Virus record (IMG/VR): IMGVR_UViG_3300049144_000153
Coordinates: 1-37,947 of that record
Length of the DNA stretch: 37,947 nt
Strand: one strand, 5' to 3'
DNA from: a virus
Taxonomy: Duplodnaviria > Caudoviricetes
Shown: positions 23,712 through 32,557 of the stretch, one piece after another
Layout: every line of letters starts with the position of its first letter
Numbering within the stretch: the first letter of the stretch is position 1
The notes under the pieces: model-generated
What the model was told of the DNA's origin: nothing
What the model saw: only the letters and a program-made list of their open reading frames with translations
Database searches by the model: none
Made by a program: the position numbers and the translations under genes

Positions 23712-26126
23712 TCAGTACCCGATTGCCAGCCAGCGAGAATTTTGAGCAGCCACACCGACGAATCCTCCGCTATTGGCGTATCGAGGGCGGGTCCAGAACT
23801 GATGATTGGCAATGAGGTCAATCGTTACGTTTACCGACTGATCGCCTGCCAAAGTGCCGACTGGGGTTGCCACTACGGCGTGCACCGCATTGGGGAACGC
23901 GACCGGAAACGTAATGAGACTGTCGCCGCCGCCGACGAGACCCCACTGGACAATTAGACCACTCGGAAACTTGTAGTAGCCATTCATATCCCCGACATGG
24001 GCCGCGTTGATGTCCGTCCAAATCCGCCCAAGATCAGCGTTGTCGACCGTGGCTTTGAGCATAGCGCCTGCGGACCAGCCGATCTTGATAACATTCGCTG
24101 TCTGCCCAATCCCTGTGCCTTGCTGCACAGGGGTATATGCGAGCTTCGCCTGATACCGAGCGTCTAGCTCTTCTTCGCTTTCACGGATACGGTGCCACGC
24201 GCCCCATCCGCCCAGGATCTTGAACCGCCGCCACATCCGACTGTCTGCGGAGGAATTGTGGAGTATCTGACGGGCATACTGGACAAGATTTTCACCCGCT
24301 GAACCCGCCTGTACCCGCACAAGATAGTTTGCGGTTGCTTCGGGAGCGCCAGGGAGACCTGGAGGCGTGATGTAGAGGCCCGTCTGGGTCAGCCAATCGA
24401 AGTTCGTTCCCGCCGGAACGTCCCATGCGTACTGACCCCGCCCATCGGTGGCGTTGCTCAAATCGATCTTGGCGAACCGCCCATCAAGCTCCGCTTGCGT
24501 CTCCCGCACACGAACCCACCCGCCCCACCCATCGGTGGTGTTGCCCTTTCTCTTGTACTTCTTGCTGTCGTTCTCTCCACCTGTCACAAAGCCTTCGGCC
24601 ACCTGAACCCACCAGTAAGCGTTCAGATCAACCCACGTTTCAACAACATACCACTCGCCAGTGGTCGGCAGTCCCGGCGAGTTGGGCTCGAAGATTCTGC
24701 GGCCCCCTTCCTTGAAGTCATTCGGACTCTGACCTACCGCCGCATAGGGAACTTCCTTGCCGCGAGGGCCGGTCGCGTTAGAGAGATCGGCTTTGGCAAA
24801 GCGAGCATCTGACTCAGGCTTCGTGAACACGTCCGAGCTTGTGAACGGGGTCGGCGCGAGGATATAGGCCGTGCTCTCCGACGTTGTCGCCGCCGCCAGC
24901 GTGATCGTGCCGCTGTTCGTGCGGACATAGTCCGCATCCGTAAGCAGCACACCGTTGATGAACACTTGCTCCAGGCCCGCCGTATAGGCGAGCGTCTGTC
25001 CCGTATCGTCCGCGCCGGAAAGAACCGTGGTGCCGGCCGGAACAACTGACTTGCGCCAGCGCAGGATCGCGACGTTCGCCGAGGCATCACCCCACACGCC
25101 ATCGCCCTTGTGGACGCGCATCGTGTTAAGGGACGTGTTCCAATACAGCGCGCCGACCAGGAGTGGATTGCCGTCGTTGTCCGTGGTCGGGTCAACGGGC
25201 TTTCCGAGGAGGTAGCGGTCCTCGAAGGAGTCGAGCGCGGCCTCTGCTGCGTTCTTGGCATTGGTGGCGGCAACCTTCTCGGAGTAGGCTTGGTCCCGAT
25301 AGGTGAGGGCGTTGCCCTCGCTCGTCGCTGCGGCCTGTGCGCTCGCAGCTGCCTCACCGGCCTTGGTCGTTGCGGTCTGCGCCGAGGTGCTCGCCTCACC
25401 AGCCTTGGTCGTTGCGGTCTGCGCCGAGGTGCTGGCTTCGCTGGCCTTCGCCGTCGCAGTGCCCGCCTGGTCCGTCGCGACCTGGGCCTTATCGGTCGCA
25501 ACCTGGGCCTTCGTGGTCGCAGTCCCGGCGGCGGACGTCGCCTCGCCGGCTTTCGTGATGGCGGTCTGTTCGCTCGCAGCCGCACGCTGAGCATGGGTCT
25601 TCGCGCTGAAATTCCCCTGACCGGTGATGTCGCCCGCGCCCTCAGCCCATCGTGAGGCATTAAACTGAGCGTCGTTCGCTGCTTGTGCGGAAGTACCGGC
25701 CTGCGACGAGTGGAAGGCTGCGTCTTCCTCGGCCTCAAGAGCCGTGGCTGCGGAAGCGGCGGCCTCGGCGGCCTTCTGTGTCGCGACCTGCTGGGCCGTG
25801 GCCGCGCCCTCGGAGACCGTGCGCGTGAGCGTCAGGTTCTCGGCGAGCTTGGGGCCGGCCTTCACCGGGTCGCCGTGATACGGACCACGGACGACCTTGA
25901 AGCCGATGTTGAGGAAGGAGGGGCCGCGCCAGGGGTAGACGAGCGTCAGTTCCGTCGCGCTGATGACCGTGTCGATATAGCCCTCGTACACGGCATTGCC
26001 GTTGTCGACGAGGAGGATGTCTCCGGGTTCGACCGCAGGGTCAAAGGCTGTCGACTGTCCTAAGACAGTCACCGACCCATTGTTGAGAGTGATGGTTCCG
26101 AGGGAGTGAACAACAGGAGCAGCCAT
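23712..26126 (-). CDS. Tail fibre / receptor-binding protein 1
   Basis: N-terminal GTITLNNGSVTVLG anchor, Ala/Thr-rich coiled stalk, two knob-like modules, C-terminal GYYKFPSGLIVQWG...ITFPVAFPN fibre tip. Confidence 0.88.
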   Translation of the reverse strand: MAAPVVHSLGTITLNNGSVTVLGQSTAFDPAVEPGDILLVDNGNAVYEGYIDTVISATELTLVYPWRGPSFLNIGFKVVRGPYHGDPVKAGPKLAENLTLTRTVSEGAATAQQVATQKAAEAAASAATALEAEEDAAFHSSQAGTSAQAANDAQFNASRWAEGAGDITGQGNFSAKTHAQRAAASEQTAITKAGEATSAAGTATTKAQVATDKAQVATDQAGTATAKASEASTSAQTATTKAGEASTSAQTATTKAGEAAASAQAAATSEGNALTYRDQAYSEKVAATNAKNAAEAALDSFEDRYLLGKPVDPTTDNDGNPLLVGALYWNTSLNTMRVHKGDGVWGDASANVAILRWRKSVVPAGTTVLSGADDTGQTLAYTAGLEQVFINGVLLTDADYVRTNSGTITLAAATTSESTAYILAPTPFTSSDVFTKPESDARFAKADLSNATGPRGKEVPYAAVGQSPNDFKEGGRRIFEPNSPGLPTTGEWYVVETWVDLNAYWWVQVAEGFVTGGENDSKKYKRKGNTTDGWGGWVRVRETQAELDGRFAKIDLSNATDGRGQYAWDVPAGTNFDWLTQTGLYITPPGLPGAPEATANYLVRVQAGSAGENLVQYARQILHNSSADSRMWRRFKILGGWGAWHRIRESEEELDARYQAKLAYTPVQQGTGIGQTANVIKIGWSAGAMLKATVDNADLGRIWTDINAAHVGDMNGYYKFPSGLIVQWGLVGGGDSLITFPVAFPNAVHAVVATPVGTLAGDQSVNVTIDLIANHQFWTRPRYANSGGFVGVAAQNSRWLAIGY
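25351..25433. repeat. 42-nt tandem repeat encoding STSAQTATTKAGEA twice
   Basis: GCCTCACC(G/A)GCCTTGGTCGTTGCGGTCTGCGCCGAGGTGCT occurs twice with one mismatch; degenerate copies flank it. Confidence 0.9.
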
Positions 26127-26133
26127 GCGCCCG

Positions 26134-26162
26134 ATATGGGAGGCTGCGCCAAGTAGTTCAAG
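26134..26162 (-). promoter_or_regulatory. Host-type promoter (CTTGAA-N16-CCCATAT) for tail fibre 1, probably leaderless
   Basis: Resembles rhizobial RpoH/RpoD consensus promoters; the -10 box ends 7 nt before the ATG and there is no SD. Confidence 0.55.
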
Positions 26163-26168
26163 GCGCTA

Positions 26169-26546
26169 TTACTTTTGGATCCAAGTAGTAGCTTCAAGAA
26201 CATCCCTACGGATGTTATTGATTTCTTGCTCTGTACGGGCGTCCGCGATCTTCTGGGCCAGCTCCTGCCGGCGCTGCTCGATCTGCCGAAGTCTTGCGCG
26301 ACTGGCGTCGTTCTTGGCGAGGATCTGCTGCGCCAGCTGCTTCGCGTTGATCTTCTTCGACCGGGCCTCGGCATCGATATAGGCGACGGGCTTGCCGGCG
26401 AGGATCTCGGCCGCATCGGCGACCTTCACCTGATAGATCGGGTCGAGCATCTGCTCGTCGGCGAGGAGCTGGCGGACGGTGGCCGTCAGAGCCTGAGTGG
26501 CCTTCGCGCGCTCGGGCGCGAGGTCCTTACTGAGCGACAGCTTCAA
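26169..26546 (-). CDS. Hypothetical tail-associated protein (125 aa)
   Basis: TTG start after AAGGAG (MKLSLSKDLAPERAKA...); helical; chaperone-like IYQVKVADA...YIDAEA. Confidence 0.65.
   Translation of the reverse strand: MKLSLSKDLAPERAKATQALTATVRQLLADEQMLDPIYQVKVADAAEILAGKPVAYIDAEARSKKINAKQLAQQILAKNDASRARLRQIEQRRQELAQKIADARTEQEINNIRRDVLEATTWIQK
26198..26217. promoter_or_regulatory. 20-bp palindromic site, copy 4 (GAACATCCCTACGGATGTTA)
   Basis: Two mismatches to consensus; ~35 nt upstream of the fibre promoter -35 box. Confidence 0.65.
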
Positions 26547-26934
26547 CGGTGATCTCCTTGTCGTAGTGACCGACCGCCTGGAGGCGGATGTGGTAGAAGG
26601 CGGCCACGGGCGACGTGACTTCGAGCACGCCGTCATCGAGCACGCCGTGGTCGACGTCGTTGACGAACACGCGCGTGCCGGCCGGAAGCCCTGCGACCCT
26701 GAAGGCATCCTGATCGTCGGCTCGGATCGTTACCTGGTGCGGTGCCTCAATGCGCTGCTTGTCGGTAAGCTGCAGATCCGGAGTGACCCACACGTCGTCG
26801 ATGTTGCGGTTGAAGTCGAGCGTCTCGATGAAATGGTAGCCTTCATCAGTCAGCATTTTGCGGTAATCGTCGGCGTGAGCGACGTCGGCCGACATGGTCA
26901 CGGCACGGGTCTCGGGGTCAAAGGTCAGGAACAT
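26527..26934 (-). CDS. Hypothetical tail-associated protein (135 aa)
   Basis: TGATG coupling within the tail operon. Confidence 0.7.
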   Translation of the reverse strand: MFLTFDPETRAVTMSADVAHADDYRKMLTDEGYHFIETLDFNRNIDDVWVTPDLQLTDKQRIEAPHQVTIRADDQDAFRVAGLPAGTRVFVNDVDHGVLDDGVLEVTSPVAAFYHIRLQAVGHYDKEITVEAVAQ

Positions 26935-27359
26935 CAGTTCACTCCAACAACATAGGCGTAGATGGTGCCCCGGAAATTCGTGGTCGAGACCACGAGGCGG
27001 TTCTCATAGGCCTGGTATTCGAAGCTGTAGTACGACGTGTACCCTGAGTTGCTCGCGAAGTAGCTGTAGAGACACGGGGTGATGAAGTCGCCGCTGCCGA
27101 AAGGACCGTACGCAGCACTCAGCTTGATCGTCACGAAGGCGATCGGAGCGGAGTTGAACGTCTTGCCGTAGCTGATCGTGTTCGTGTCGACCAGGCGACC
27201 ATCGGCGGCGGCGGTCGGGGACAGCGTGCGCGTGAAGAACATCGCCGTGTTGGCGAGGTAGTCGCCTGAGAGGATGACGCTGGGGTTGAGCGGATCACCC
27301 GAGCGGGCCGAGCCCAGCTCGACCCTGAGAATGTCCGGTCCTCCGGTGTCAATCAGCAT
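26934..27359 (-). CDS. Minor tail protein (141 aa)
   Basis: Beta-rich; ATG right after the upstream stop; downstream of the central tail gene. Confidence 0.6.
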   Translation of the reverse strand: MLIDTGGPDILRVELGSARSGDPLNPSVILSGDYLANTAMFFTRTLSPTAAADGRLVDTNTISYGKTFNSAPIAFVTIKLSAAYGPFGSGDFITPCLYSYFASNSGYTSYYSFEYQAYENRLVVSTTNFRGTIYAYVVGVN

Positions 27360-27360
27360 G

Positions 27361-27834
27361 TCAGCCCACCATCCTCTTTCTGAAAACAATGTAGCAGAGG
27401 TAGGGGACGGCCTCCTGCCGCTCGGTCGTCAGGGTATCGGCATAGACGTACCGGTTGCGGTGCTGGGTCTTGACCGTGCCGGTACACCTGTTTGTGTTGA
27501 CATTGGTCGTGACGGTCTCGTTGCTGCTGAAGTCGATGGCGGTCCAGGTGTCGTCACTCGTCAACCCGCCGGTCTTGGCGTATCGTTTCAGGTTCTTCGC
27601 GACGAACACCAGCACTTCCGGGACGGATTGCTGCGCCGGGAAGTTGATGGTGAAGCTCGCGGTCCAGGGATTGGTGCCGGTCCAGCCCGAGAGAGCGACT
27701 GTTCCGCGCTGGATGACCTGATAGTTGCGTGCCTTGAGCGACAGAAGCAGCCCGACCTCGTCGGCGTTGTCGACGTCGAACCCAGGTCGGGCGATCTTGA
27801 TCGTGTCGGTGGTGATGATTGCAACTTTGGCCAT
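27361..27834 (-). CDS. Minor tail protein (157 aa)
   Basis: IKIARPGFDV motif shared with its neighbour; coupled. Confidence 0.65.
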   Translation of the reverse strand: MAKVAIITTDTIKIARPGFDVDNADEVGLLLSLKARNYQVIQRGTVALSGWTGTNPWTASFTINFPAQQSVPEVLVFVAKNLKRYAKTGGLTSDDTWTAIDFSSNETVTTNVNTNRCTGTVKTQHRNRYVYADTLTTERQEAVPYLCYIVFRKRMVG

Positions 27835-28238
27835 CAGAACAGGATCAGTGCGTAGCGGAATCGGTAGGCGGTGCTGGCGGTGTTGTCGGTTCTGCGGATC
27901 CTGAAGGCGGTGCCGAGGTCGATGCTGTGAAACTCCCCATAGGTCTCAACGTCGCCTGCCTCGATTTTGACGTAGCCGTTGGCTCGCTCGCTGTCCTGAT
28001 CAGACATCGGTCGCCAGAACAACAGCGGCTGCGCTCCTGCGATAGATGGGATCGGGATGCTCGTATTGCTAGCGACATAGCCCGAGGCCGAGAACCGGAG
28101 CGGCCTCTGGTTCCAGTGCGTGGAGAAGAAGAACTTCGCCTCGTCATTGGGGTCGTCGTTGAAGCAGTCGTAACCGGGACGTGTGATCCACATCCCGGTC
28201 GTGCCAAATCTGTTGCCGAAGAGAAAACGTGCGGGCAT
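27834..28238 (-). CDS. Minor tail protein (134 aa)
   Basis: GMWITRPGYDC motif; TGATG-coupled to the central tail gene. Confidence 0.65.
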   Translation of the reverse strand: MPARFLFGNRFGTTGMWITRPGYDCFNDDPNDEAKFFFSTHWNQRPLRFSASGYVASNTSIPIPSIAGAQPLLFWRPMSDQDSERANGYVKIEAGDVETYGEFHSIDLGTAFRIRRTDNTASTAYRFRYALILF

Positions 28239-31200
28239 CAGCCGTAAATCGCCATCCAGCCATCGGCGAGGTTGATCGTCATCCTGCCGTTCGGGCTCTG
28301 AAGGGTACCGGAGGTGAGTTTCGTGAAGGTACCGTCATAGGCGCGCAGGTGGTTGACCTCCAAAGCGTCAGCCGTGATCGTGCCGGTCAGGAACATGTTG
28401 CCGTTGATGCCAACGCTCGCAACTCCGTACTTGGTGCCGACGATGAAGACCGGGTTCTTGTTCTGCGGAATGTCAGGCCGGGTGACCGGCGGGACGATCG
28501 AGAACTGATCGGCCTGGACGACAAAGTCGGAGGTAAAGCCGTCCGGGGCGTTCGGGTCACTGGTCTGGGCGAGGCCGAAACCGGAGATCTTGTAGAACTG
28601 CCCGTTGACGGCCTCCATCTTGACCATCCAGCTCTGGGTGACCTTCTGGTTCAGAGTGGCGATCGTGCTCGTGTGCTGGCTGATCGTACCCTCAGTGGTG
28701 CCAACGCGGCCCGAGAGCGTTGTGACCGTATCGGCTACGGCCTTGTCACCATCCGAGATCGCCTTCTGGAGAGTGGAGACGTTTGAGGAGATGTTGCCGT
28801 TCAGTTCGGTGCGGAGGTTGGTGACCGCCGTCGCACGCGCTTCCGTCTCCGTAGCCACCGCCGTCTGGACGGTCTGGATCTGAGCCGTGATGTCGGTGTC
28901 GATCTGGGACTTGAGCTGGTTGATCTGAGTGGTGCGAGCCTCCGTCTCCGTTGCGACGGCCTCCTGCACCTCTAGGATCTGGGCCGAGATCTCGCCGTCG
29001 ATCTGGGCCTTCAGCTGGTTGATCTGCGTGGCCCGGGCCTCGGTCTCGGTCGACACCGCCTCGCGGACGGTCTGGATGTCGGCCGAGGTCTCGTTGAACT
29101 TGGTGAAGATCCCGTCCACGTCCCGGACGCGGGCCTCGGTCTCGTTCTCGATCTTCTCCGTCAGCTCGACCTTGGTCGCCGAGATCGCCTTGTCGTTGTT
29201 CTCGGCGTGGACCATGCTCTCGAAGATGTGGGTCGAGACCTCGCGCAGCTCGGGGGTCTCCTCGATCCGCTTGCCCAGCTCGCTCGTGAGATTGTCGAAC
29301 GAGATGGTGCCGGGGTTGAGCCCCTTGCCGATGACGCTGATCTCTTCCGACCACAGCGCGTCGTCGGAGCGGAAGCTGTCGTAGAAGGCGACGCGGGCGT
29401 AGACCTTCTCGTTCTCCCGGATCACGCCCCGGCCGACCGTATCGACGCCGTCGTACATCATGGTCCCGGAGGTGATCGGATCGAATCCCGGAGTGTTCGA
29501 GATGCGGACCCTCATTCCCGCGAAGTCGCGGTGGGCCGGATCGGTCGGGCGCTGGGCCTCCACATAGAGGTTGAACAGGTAGGTGTAGATCTTCAGCTGC
29601 TCGCCGACCGGCGGGGCGATCTGGGGGTTCGAGGCGATCATGCCGGTGGTGGCCGACAGGTTGTTCAGGTTGTCGCGGGCGCGCACCCGGATTCGGAACG
29701 ACCGGCGGGGCAGACCGCCGTTGTCCTGGGCGTTCATCTCCCAGGTGTACTGGAAATCCGTGATCGTCGTGTAGACCGTCCGCACGACGTTGCTCGACGA
29801 GGGGTCGATGATCTCGACCATGTAGTCGGACAGGAACGGGTCGGGCGAGGCGTCCCAGCGGAAGAGCGGCGACCGACTGGCGAAGGTCGTGAGATCCGGC
29901 TCGTCGATCAGACGCAGGTTGGTCGGCGGGCTCACCGTCCGCATCGATCCGGAGACCAGGTGCTCGAAGGTGACCGGCGGGCTCTCCTGGCCCTCGATCG
30001 AGACGGCCACGATGGAGAAAATGTAGGTCCCGGCCTGGATGCCTTCGAGCTGGAACCGGGGCTGGCGCGGCTCTCCGACGACCTGCACGTCGCCGCCGTT
30101 CGCCCGCATGTAGATGCGGTAGAAGCGGAGGAGCGGGTACGGGCTCGGATCCCATTCGATGAAGAGGTTGTGCCGGCCGGCGACGTCGGTGGGGGTGACG
30201 CGGGGGTTGGCCACCGGGTTGACGTAGTTCGACGGCCGGCCGGTCACGACCACGTTGCGTAGCGTGACCTCGCCGTTGACGAAGGCCCATTTCTGCCGGT
30301 TCACCTCGATCGCGGTGATGCCGATGTTGTCGGGCTCGCCGTCGACCTCTTCGATGCCGGTGATGCGGAAGGCCTTGGGAACGCCGACCTTCTGCGCCTG
30401 CTCGATGGTGAAGACCGCCTTCTCGGGCAGCTCGACCGTGAGCGGGGTGGCGAGGGTGAGCACCGTCGTATTGCCGGCCATGGGGGCCAGCGTGTAGGTC
30501 ACGACGTTGTAGGTCGAGCCGTTCGGGACCTGGAACTTGATCAGGTAGGTGAGGCCGGCCTCGAAGAAGATCGGGTCGCGCAGGAGCAGGGTCGTCGGGG
30601 ACAAGACGGACTTTACGCGCCCCGAGATGCCGCTGTTCATGTCGTCGTCGGAGACCAGGATGACCTCGAACGGCTTCAGGTAGAGGCCCATCCGGTTCGT
30701 CTTGAACGACACGATGGTCTTCTCGGTGAGCGCCGTCGCGAGCCGCATCCGTCCGCGCTTGACCGCCTCGGCCTCGCTGATGCAGCCGACCGCGATGAAC
30801 TCCTCGGGGTTCCGGCCGTACTGCTCGATGGCGGCCTGGTCGAACACCCGGATCCGATCCTCGCGCCAACCGATCTCCGGGTTGACGAAGGAGACCGTGA
30901 AGTCGTTCTTGCGCGCCGTGATGTCGGTGAAGGAATAGGTGAAGACGCCGTCGATCACGTTCTCGGGCGTGAAGATCGCCGTCGCCGGTTGGGCGTCGGC
31001 GTCGTAGATGATCGTGGCGAAGCCGTCGCCCTGGTCGATGAAGCGACCCCCGGCGAGGCCGGCGATGAAGTTCACCGTCTCGCTGAGGCTGCGGGCCTCC
31101 TGCACATAGTCGTTGTAGGTGAAGCCGAACGTGTCGCAGTGGCGCGCGAAGTCGTAGGTCGCGAACTTGTCGAGCACAATCGGGTAGTAGGCGTTCATCC

Positions 31201-32557
31201 CGTACGTGTCGTCCATCACCAGGTCGTAGATGACCCAGGCCGGATTGTCGGTGTACTCGTACTTGAACGTGCCGTCCCACAGGCCGCTGTAGGTCTTGGT
31301 GACCGGGTTGTAGTTCGTCGGCACGCGGATGATCCGGCCCTTGTAGATGCCGGTGAACTCGGGCAGCGATGTGAACTGGTCCGAGGCCTTCACCGTCAGA
31401 TGGGCGCAGGCCAGGTTCGGGAACTCGAACGGCGTCCGCGTCAGCTCCTGGAAGCTCTCGAAGCTGAGGTCCGCGAAATACGTGGTGGTGTTCTTCTGGC
31501 TGACCCGCGACACCCGGATCTGGTAGGGCTCGTTGATCCGCTTGACCGGGATCCGCAGCTCCTTGACGTAGGTCGAGGTGGTCTTGCCGGTGACCGAGAT
31601 GACGCCGACGCCGCTCGTCGGCGGCTTGGCCCAGTCCATGTAGTTGACCCAGGACGAGCCGTTGTGGATGTAGCTCTTGGGCGTGGTACTGCCGCCCACG
31701 CCGGCCGGGGTCAGCAGGAAGTCGTACTGGTTGTAGCCGATCGGGTGGTCGCCCGCAGGGCTGTAGAAGGCGCGACGGGTCGTGTTGCCGTCCGTCCACT
31801 GCCAGCGGAACAGCTCGTTGGCCGGCTGGCTCGACGTGAGGTTGGGCGGGTTGACCCAGCTCGACCCATTCCACAGCTTCGGCGGCCAGTTGGTCTTGCT
31901 CCGGTCGAACCAGATCGCCCCGAGCCCGATGGCGGTCGGGGCCGTGGTCTGGATGTAGGTCTCGCGGTAGGCCGGGTTGACGATCGAGCCCGGGACCGTG
32001 GACTGGCCGTTGTACTGGGCCAGGTTGGCGGTCTCGACATAGGGAGCACCGTACTGGCCGCCATACGCGGAGGTCCAGCTCGTGGCCGAGACCGGCTTGA
32101 TGGCGACGTCGAACTCGACGGTGGTCGGATACTCGCCCGGGTGCTTCTCGTTGTCGGAGACCAGCACGAGGCGGCTGATGGCGATGCGGACTTCGAGGAA
32201 GTCGATGTTGGCCTGGGTGCCCTGGCGGGTGACCTCGACGCCTGGCTCTTCGAGGGGCACGCCGACCTGGTGCGAGACGCCGTTGCCTCCCAGCTTCGGG
32301 ACGATCTTCTCGGGCGGGTTATTGCCCTTGTGGATCGTCAGCTCGAAGTTGCCGATGTTCGGGCTCTTGGAGGCGGCGTCGATGAGCGGTGTGTCGCCGG
32401 CCATGAAGGAGGCTGCGCCGTTCTCCAGGCCGACGATCGGGCCTTCGGACAAGCCGAGGATGATCTCGACGATGTCGTCGGAGAACAGCGTGTCCGAGGC
32501 GTGGTGGGGCTGTGCCGCCCCACCGCCGAAGCCCTTTAGGCCCTTGTACGCATCCAT
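28238..32557 (-). CDS. Central tail tip / host-specificity protein (lambda gpJ/TipJ-like)
   Basis: LSEGPIVGL, GRIIRVPTNYNPVTKTYSGLWDGTFK..YTDNPAWV, FTPENVIDGVFTYS, FN3-like domains, coiled coil, C-terminal FVVQADQFSI. Confidence 0.95.
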   Translation of the reverse strand: MDAYKGLKGFGGGAAQPHHASDTLFSDDIVEIILGLSEGPIVGLENGAASFMAGDTPLIDAASKSPNIGNFELTIHKGNNPPEKIVPKLGGNGVSHQVGVPLEEPGVEVTRQGTQANIDFLEVRIAISRLVLVSDNEKHPGEYPTTVEFDVAIKPVSATSWTSAYGGQYGAPYVETANLAQYNGQSTVPGSIVNPAYRETYIQTTAPTAIGLGAIWFDRSKTNWPPKLWNGSSWVNPPNLTSSQPANELFRWQWTDGNTTRRAFYSPAGDHPIGYNQYDFLLTPAGVGGSTTPKSYIHNGSSWVNYMDWAKPPTSGVGVISVTGKTTSTYVKELRIPVKRINEPYQIRVSRVSQKNTTTYFADLSFESFQELTRTPFEFPNLACAHLTVKASDQFTSLPEFTGIYKGRIIRVPTNYNPVTKTYSGLWDGTFKYEYTDNPAWVIYDLVMDDTYGMNAYYPIVLDKFATYDFARHCDTFGFTYNDYVQEARSLSETVNFIAGLAGGRFIDQGDGFATIIYDADAQPATAIFTPENVIDGVFTYSFTDITARKNDFTVSFVNPEIGWREDRIRVFDQAAIEQYGRNPEEFIAVGCISEAEAVKRGRMRLATALTEKTIVSFKTNRMGLYLKPFEVILVSDDDMNSGISGRVKSVLSPTTLLLRDPIFFEAGLTYLIKFQVPNGSTYNVVTYTLAPMAGNTTVLTLATPLTVELPEKAVFTIEQAQKVGVPKAFRITGIEEVDGEPDNIGITAIEVNRQKWAFVNGEVTLRNVVVTGRPSNYVNPVANPRVTPTDVAGRHNLFIEWDPSPYPLLRFYRIYMRANGGDVQVVGEPRQPRFQLEGIQAGTYIFSIVAVSIEGQESPPVTFEHLVSGSMRTVSPPTNLRLIDEPDLTTFASRSPLFRWDASPDPFLSDYMVEIIDPSSSNVVRTVYTTITDFQYTWEMNAQDNGGLPRRSFRIRVRARDNLNNLSATTGMIASNPQIAPPVGEQLKIYTYLFNLYVEAQRPTDPAHRDFAGMRVRISNTPGFDPITSGTMMYDGVDTVGRGVIRENEKVYARVAFYDSFRSDDALWSEEISVIGKGLNPGTISFDNLTSELGKRIEETPELREVSTHIFESMVHAENNDKAISATKVELTEKIENETEARVRDVDGIFTKFNETSADIQTVREAVSTETEARATQINQLKAQIDGEISAQILEVQEAVATETEARTTQINQLKSQIDTDITAQIQTVQTAVATETEARATAVTNLRTELNGNISSNVSTLQKAISDGDKAVADTVTTLSGRVGTTEGTISQHTSTIATLNQKVTQSWMVKMEAVNGQFYKISGFGLAQTSDPNAPDGFTSDFVVQADQFSIVPPVTRPDIPQNKNPVFIVGTKYGVASVGINGNMFLTGTITADALEVNHLRAYDGTFTKLTSGTLQSPNGRMTINLADGWMAIYG
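28790..29160 (-). repeat. 99-nt (33-aa) degenerate repeats in the coiled coil of the central tail protein
   Basis: AV(S/A)TETEAR.T.I.QLK.QID.. units start 99 nt apart (29059, 28960, 28861). Confidence 0.85.

Noticed and set aside
21783-26126. Diversity-generating retroelement or invertible fibre cassette
   Set aside because: No reverse transcriptase or invertase, no near-identical TR/VR pair differing at adenines, and both fibre genes are co-oriented.
28746-31874. 1042-aa alternative-frame ORF inside the central tail gene (and similar Arg/Pro-rich same-strand frames elsewhere)
   Set aside because: R/P/G/H-rich composition typical of off-frame reading of GC-rich genes.
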